A stretch of 51,626 nt of DNA, taken from the NCBI GenBank assembly GCA_015492115.1, contig WGFS01000197.1:1-51626 (forward strand), read 5' to 3'. Positions 47,257 through 51,626 of the stretch are shown here, one piece after another; the stretch's first letter is position 1; each line of letters begins with the position of its first letter. The position numbers were made by a program, and so were the translations under genes. The notes below the pieces were generated by a model that was not told where the DNA came from, ran no database searches, and worked only from the letters and a program-made list of their open reading frames with translations. This DNA is from Aquificaceae bacterium (GTDB lineage: Bacteria; Aquificota; Aquificia; Aquificales; Aquificaceae).

Positions 47257-48255
47257 ATGGTAGAACTTGACTTTGAGATAGACGAAAAGCTTGCTGAAAG
47301 GCTCAGGGAAGGTCTTGAGATAAGGCTGAAGAACTTCGGTAAGAAGGTCTACTTTCACAGCCCTGGCTTCAAACACTACGAAGTGGACGACTTCTCCATA
47401 AACACACCACCACGCTTTGTGGACATATCAATAACGGGAAGGAACTGCGAGCTCATGTGTGACCACTGCGCCAGCAAGATACTCTGGCACATGATACCTG
47501 CGACAACTCCAGAGGAGCTCTGGAAGGTCTGCAATCAGCTCAAAGAGCAGGGTGTGGAGGGAATTCTGGTCTCTGGAGGTTCTAACAAGGACGGAGTGGT
47601 TGAGCTCCAGCCCTTCTTTGAGACCATGAAGGCTGTGAAAAGAGACCTCGGTATGCTCGTGACCTGTCACGTGGGGCTGGTGGACGAGGCGTTCGTTCAG
47701 GGCTTGAAGGATGCAGAGGTTGACGCAGTCCTCCTTGACATAATGGGAGATAACGAAACTATAGCCCAGGTCTACAAGATGCCCCACAAGGGGGTTGAGG
47801 ACTACGACAACTCCCTCAGACTGCTCAGGGAGGCGGGGCTCAAGATAGTTCCTCACGTGATCATAGGTCTTCACTACGGAAAGATAAAGGGCGAGTACAG
47901 AGCCCTTGACATGATAGCAAAGTACAAGCCTGAAGCTCTCGTTCTCGTTGTGGTCATGCCCTATTACGGAAAGGCAAGGTTCCAGCTTCTCCCACCTCCA
48001 TCCGTTGAGGAGAGCGTTGATGTTGTCCTCCATGCAAGAAAGTCAATGCCCGACTCCCCGATAATGATAGGTTGTGCGAGACCCGCAGGTGCTGAGAGGG
48101 TCAAGCTGGACATATACTCAGTTCTCGCAGGTGTTAACGGTATAGCCTTTCCTGCGGAGGGAGTGGTCACCTACTCAAAGTCCATAGGACTTGAGCCCGT
48201 TCTGTCACCCAGCTGTTGTTCCACCGTATTCATGTTTGAAGCGGGCGTTATGTAA
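47257..48255 (+). CDS. lipS1: Radical SAM lipoate synthesis protein, LipS1-type
   Basis: SITGRNCELMCDHC, VPHVIIGL, GCARP, C-terminal CC; follows lbpA. Confidence 0.82.
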   Translation: MVELDFEIDEKLAERLREGLEIRLKNFGKKVYFHSPGFKHYEVDDFSINTPPRFVDISITGRNCELMCDHCASKILWHMIPATTPEELWKVCNQLKEQGVEGILVSGGSNKDGVVELQPFFETMKAVKRDLGMLVTCHVGLVDEAFVQGLKDAEVDAVLLDIMGDNETIAQVYKMPHKGVEDYDNSLRLLREAGLKIVPHVIIGLHYGKIKGEYRALDMIAKYKPEALVLVVVMPYYGKARFQLLPPPSVEESVDVVLHARKSMPDSPIMIGCARPAGAERVKLDIYSVLAGVNGIAFPAEGVVTYSKSIGLEPVLSPSCCSTVFMFEAGVM

Positions 48256-48272
48256 TACTATCTTCATTCTGT

Positions 48273-49727
48273 ATGAAACTGGAAGTTTTAAGGGGAAGAG
48301 AGCTTATAAGGGAGGTACTCAAAGACAGGAGGGTCATAGACCTCACTTACCTGCTCAACAGGGAAAGCCTTTATGTTGAGTACCTGCTCCTGTACGTTGA
48401 GAGCGGGGCGGACAGCAAGCTGATACTCGTGGATTACGGACGCGGGGATCGGGAGATCAGTGAAGATCTGGAATTGATACTGAAAGGTTCTGAAGACTTC
48501 AACTCTGCGGTTGAGAGTATAAATAGAAACGGTAAGTTTGTATGCGTTGACCCGGAGGAAACAGACGCTGAGAGTCTAATGGAACCAGACAGGGACATAG
48601 CGGTTGTGTCGGAAAGGCTCTTTCAGGAGGTTGTTCCAGAGGGCGGGCTTATAAACATAAACCTGGTGGAGCTCTTCAGTCACAACCTGTCCGCCGAGGA
48701 GATAAGGGAAGCTCTGAAAAGCGATGAAGTTGATAGCATAAACGAACTTCTCCTCGGTGACGATGTGGTCATTGATATGGACACCCTTGAGGAGGTTCTG
48801 TCAACGTGCGAGGAATACAACAGGGAAGCCCTTGAGATCTTCTTGGGGCACGTTCTGTTCAGACTCATGGACGAATCGGATTCCCGGGAGCTTTACGAGA
48901 TATTCATGGAAAGGGCGGAAGAGACCGAAGACAGGGAGTTAAAGAGGATCTTCATGGAGAAGGCACTTTACGCGTATGCGAGACTTGTTAACAGCGATGG
49001 GGGAGAGGATTACGAATACTTGAAGAGTATGCTTGATGAATACATTGAGGGAGAGACTTCATCAGAGGATACAGCCTTTACAATATACGAGGTCATAACG
49101 AGCTTGAGGACGGAGAACGTGGAGATACTCAGGGACATGCTTTTCAGCTTTGACAGGTATATACCCTATACGGAGGAGTTCTCTCCACTCATATTCGGAG
49201 ACTTGGGCATGAGCTTTTATGCCAAATGGGAGGACTCTGGGAACCAGGAGTACAGAGAGCTCTCCATGATACTCCTTCAGAAGTCCCTCTTCTCAGTTAA
49301 GGAACTCCTGAGACTCGGTAAGACCCACGACATCCCCCTAAACCTGAGTAACTTCTTCGCATACATATCCGTACTCATACCCCTGCTCTCAGAAGAGGTG
49401 GAGAACTCCCACTCACCGGAGGTGCAGGATGCAAAGGTGCTGGACATAAAAGAGAGCCTATGTCTCGGCTTACAGCTGTTCCTTGACTTCTCCGGGGGTG
49501 TCAGCGTGGAGAACTTTACGCAGGTGTATCCGACGGAGGAAGAAGCGAGGATTATGGTTGAGAGCACCTTTGAGAACTTCATATCTATGATGGAGTCCTA
49601 CTTTGATAGTGGTGTTGAGTCGGAGAGCGAGGAGATCTGGGATGAGGTCGTTTCCTCAAACCCCTCTTATGATGAGCTAATTGAAGGGGCTCTGAAGGTT
49701 AGCGAAATCCTGTGTCCTGGAAGGTGA
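48273..49727 (+). CDS. Very acidic, largely helical hypothetical protein
   Basis: 484-aa ORF, E/D-rich, no recognisable motif. Confidence 0.75.
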   Translation: MKLEVLRGRELIREVLKDRRVIDLTYLLNRESLYVEYLLLYVESGADSKLILVDYGRGDREISEDLELILKGSEDFNSAVESINRNGKFVCVDPEETDAESLMEPDRDIAVVSERLFQEVVPEGGLININLVELFSHNLSAEEIREALKSDEVDSINELLLGDDVVIDMDTLEEVLSTCEEYNREALEIFLGHVLFRLMDESDSRELYEIFMERAEETEDRELKRIFMEKALYAYARLVNSDGGEDYEYLKSMLDEYIEGETSSEDTAFTIYEVITSLRTENVEILRDMLFSFDRYIPYTEEFSPLIFGDLGMSFYAKWEDSGNQEYRELSMILLQKSLFSVKELLRLGKTHDIPLNLSNFFAYISVLIPLLSEEVENSHSPEVQDAKVLDIKESLCLGLQLFLDFSGGVSVENFTQVYPTEEEARIMVESTFENFISMMESYFDSGVESESEEIWDEVVSSNPSYDELIEGALKVSEILCPGR

Positions 49728-49739
49728 TATAATTCTCTC

Positions 49740-51026
49740 ATGGAAAATCTGCTCAGAACTGACCCGGATATATTTGATGTCGTAGTAAAGGAGTACGAGA
49801 GGCAGTTCTACCATCTTGAGCTGATAGCGTCGGAGAACTTCACCTCCCTTGCTGTGATGGAAGCAACCGGTAGCGTGCTTACCAACAAGTACGCGGAAGG
49901 TCTGCCGGGGAGAAGGTACTACGGAGGATGTGAGTTCGTTGATATAGCGGAGAACCTCGCAATAGAAAGGGTCAAGAAGCTCTTTGGCGCGGAGCATGCC
50001 AACGTCCAGCCCCACTCCGGCTCTCAGGCTAACATGGCTGTTTACATGGCAGTCCTCCAGCCGGGGGACACCATAATGGGTATGAACCTCTCCCACGGAG
50101 GACACCTGACCCACGGCGCTAAGGTGAACTTCTCCGGCAAGCTCTACAACGTGGTACAGTACGGCGTAAATCCTGAGACAGAGCTCATAGACTACGACCA
50201 GCTTTACAAGCTCGCCAGGGAGCACAAGCCAAAGCTCATAGTTGGAGGTGCTTCAGCCTACCCGCGTGCGATAGACTGGGCTAAGTTGCGGGAGATAGCG
50301 GACGAGGTGGGTGCTCTTCTGATGGTTGACATGGCCCATTACGCGGGACTGATAGCGGCGGGAGAGTATCCTAACCCAGTCCCCCACTCCCACTTCGTTA
50401 CCTCCACGACTCACAAAACTCTAAGAGGACCGCGTAGCGGTTTTATCCTGTGCAAGGAGGAGTTCGCCAAGGTAATAGACAAGACTGTCTTCCCGGGCAT
50501 ACAGGGTGGACCCCTGATGCACGTGATAGCTGCAAAGGCTGTAGCCTTCAAGGAGGCTATGACTGAAGAGTTCAAGAAGTACGCCAGACAGGTCATACTC
50601 AATGCAAAGGTGCTCGCTGAGGAGCTTGCAAGGGAAGGTTTCAAGATAGTAACGGGAGGAACGGACAGTCACATAGTCCTGGTTGATCTGAGAAACATGA
50701 ACCTCACGGGCAAGGAGGTTGAGGAGACTCTTGGGCGTGCAAACATAACGGTAAACAAGAACGCTGTTCCCTTTGATCCACAGAAGCCCATGATAACCAG
50801 CGGTATAAGGATAGGAACTCCAGCCCTCACAACCAGGGGGATGAGAGAGGAAGAGATGAGGAGGATAGCCCGGATGATAACCACCGTTGTAAAGAACATA
50901 AAGGACGATAAAGTTATAGAGAAGGTCAGGGAGGAGGTAAAGGAGCTGTGTGAACAGTTTCCTCTGTACCCTGAGTTGAGGGAGAAAATAGATGAGCTTC
51001 GCAATAGCGAGACAGCCGGTATTTGA
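49740..51026 (+). CDS. glyA: Serine hydroxymethyltransferase
   Basis: [30 protein letters not shown]. Confidence 0.98.
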   Translation: MENLLRTDPDIFDVVVKEYERQFYHLELIASENFTSLAVMEATGSVLTNKYAEGLPGRRYYGGCEFVDIAENLAIERVKKLFGAEHANVQPHSGSQANMAVYMAVLQPGDTIMGMNLSHGGHLTHGAKVNFSGKLYNVVQYGVNPETELIDYDQLYKLAREHKPKLIVGGASAYPRAIDWAKLREIADEVGALLMVDMAHYAGLIAAGEYPNPVPHSHFVTSTTHKTLRGPRSGFILCKEEFAKVIDKTVFPGIQGGPLMHVIAAKAVAFKEAMTEEFKKYARQVILNAKVLAEELAREGFKIVTGGTDSHIVLVDLRNMNLTGKEVEETLGRANITVNKNAVPFDPQKPMITSGIRIGTPALTTRGMREEEMRRIARMITTVVKNIKDDKVIEKVREEVKELCEQFPLYPELREKIDELRNSETAGI

Positions 51027-51626
51027 CGCTGGTAAAAATGTATACGGGTATGAAATCTATCTCAGAAGGAGTGACGACTTAGATAAATACCCGAGCGATA
51101 TCCCCTTCAACAAGGCGACCTTCATAGTTGCGGAACTCGTCGCCGAACTCGGTCTGAGAAGGATATCGGAAGGAAAGAAGATATTCATAAACGTCACCCT
51201 TGACTCCCTGCTCAATAAGGTTCTTGACCTACTCCCTACGGAGATGGTCGTGTATCAACTCATGCCTCCTCAGATGGAGATGGGACACTCCATATACGCC
51301 AACGCTATAAAAAGGATAGAGGAGCTAAAGGAGAAGGGTGGTCTCCTCGCCCTCACAGAGGGTCTGTACTCCGGTAAGTATGCGGACCTACTGCGTATGT
51401 GCCACATAGTGGAGTTCTCAGCCAAGACAGTGGACGAGGGCAGGGTAAACGCGGTAAGGAGGAATAAGAAGAAGGTTCTGATCTCAAAGATAGAGAGCGA
51501 AGAGGAGTTCAAAAAAGTATTTACCTACGGAGACCTCTTTGAGGGCAACTACTTGGGCTCGGTCTCAATAATAAAGGAGTTTGAGATAGCCCCCTTCTTG
51601 AAGAGCACCCTGATGAGGATGATAGC
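50992..51626 (+). CDS. Degenerate EAL-domain protein (YuxH/EAL-HDOD-like), truncated by the window end; absent from the ORF track
   Basis: [12 protein letters not shown]...VYGYEIYLR...IFINV...KIE...FEGNY; open to the window end; GGAG RBS. Confidence 0.8.
   Translation, partial: MSFAIARQPVFDAGKNVYGYEIYLRRSDDLDKYPSDIPFNKATFIVAELVAELGLRRISEGKKIFINVTLDSLLNKVLDLLPTEMVVYQLMPPQMEMGHSIYANAIKRIEELKEKGGLLALTEGLYSGKYADLLRMCHIVEFSAKTVDEGRVNAVRRNKKKVLISKIESEEEFKKVFTYGDLFEGNYLGSVSIIKEFEIAPFLKSTLMRMI

Overview
Chromosomal window from a thermophilic bacterium, inferred to be an Aquificaceae member (AGR/ATA codon bias, Aquifex-like genes and gene order). It is mostly housekeeping (mog, tpiA, thiE, recG, tamB, rpsA, hslU, bcp, nth, leuA, der, trxA, hfq-hflX, glyA, tRNA-Ser and tRNA-Pro), with a trehalose cluster (otsA, otsB, treT and partner) and a sulfur-oxidising sHdr-LbpA operon. 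The most novel-looking locus is a six-gene operon at 21.2-26.6 kb. An MglB/MglA small-GTPase pair sits between two duplicated modules, each an unknown repeat protein plus a membrane receptor (Cache or c-heme) ending in a bare HAMP domain with no output domain, which suggests a receptor-coupled GTPase signalling system. Other highlights are a probable unannotated C-terminal selenocysteine with a SECIS-like hairpin in a TlpA-like redoxin, the probable 3' end of an IS200/IS605 TnpB-like element with an omega-RNA-like pseudoknot at the window start, a missed small lipoprotein, many leaderless-type promoters, and candidate operators upstream of the shdr genes. All calls come from motif recognition by eye; no database searches were run.
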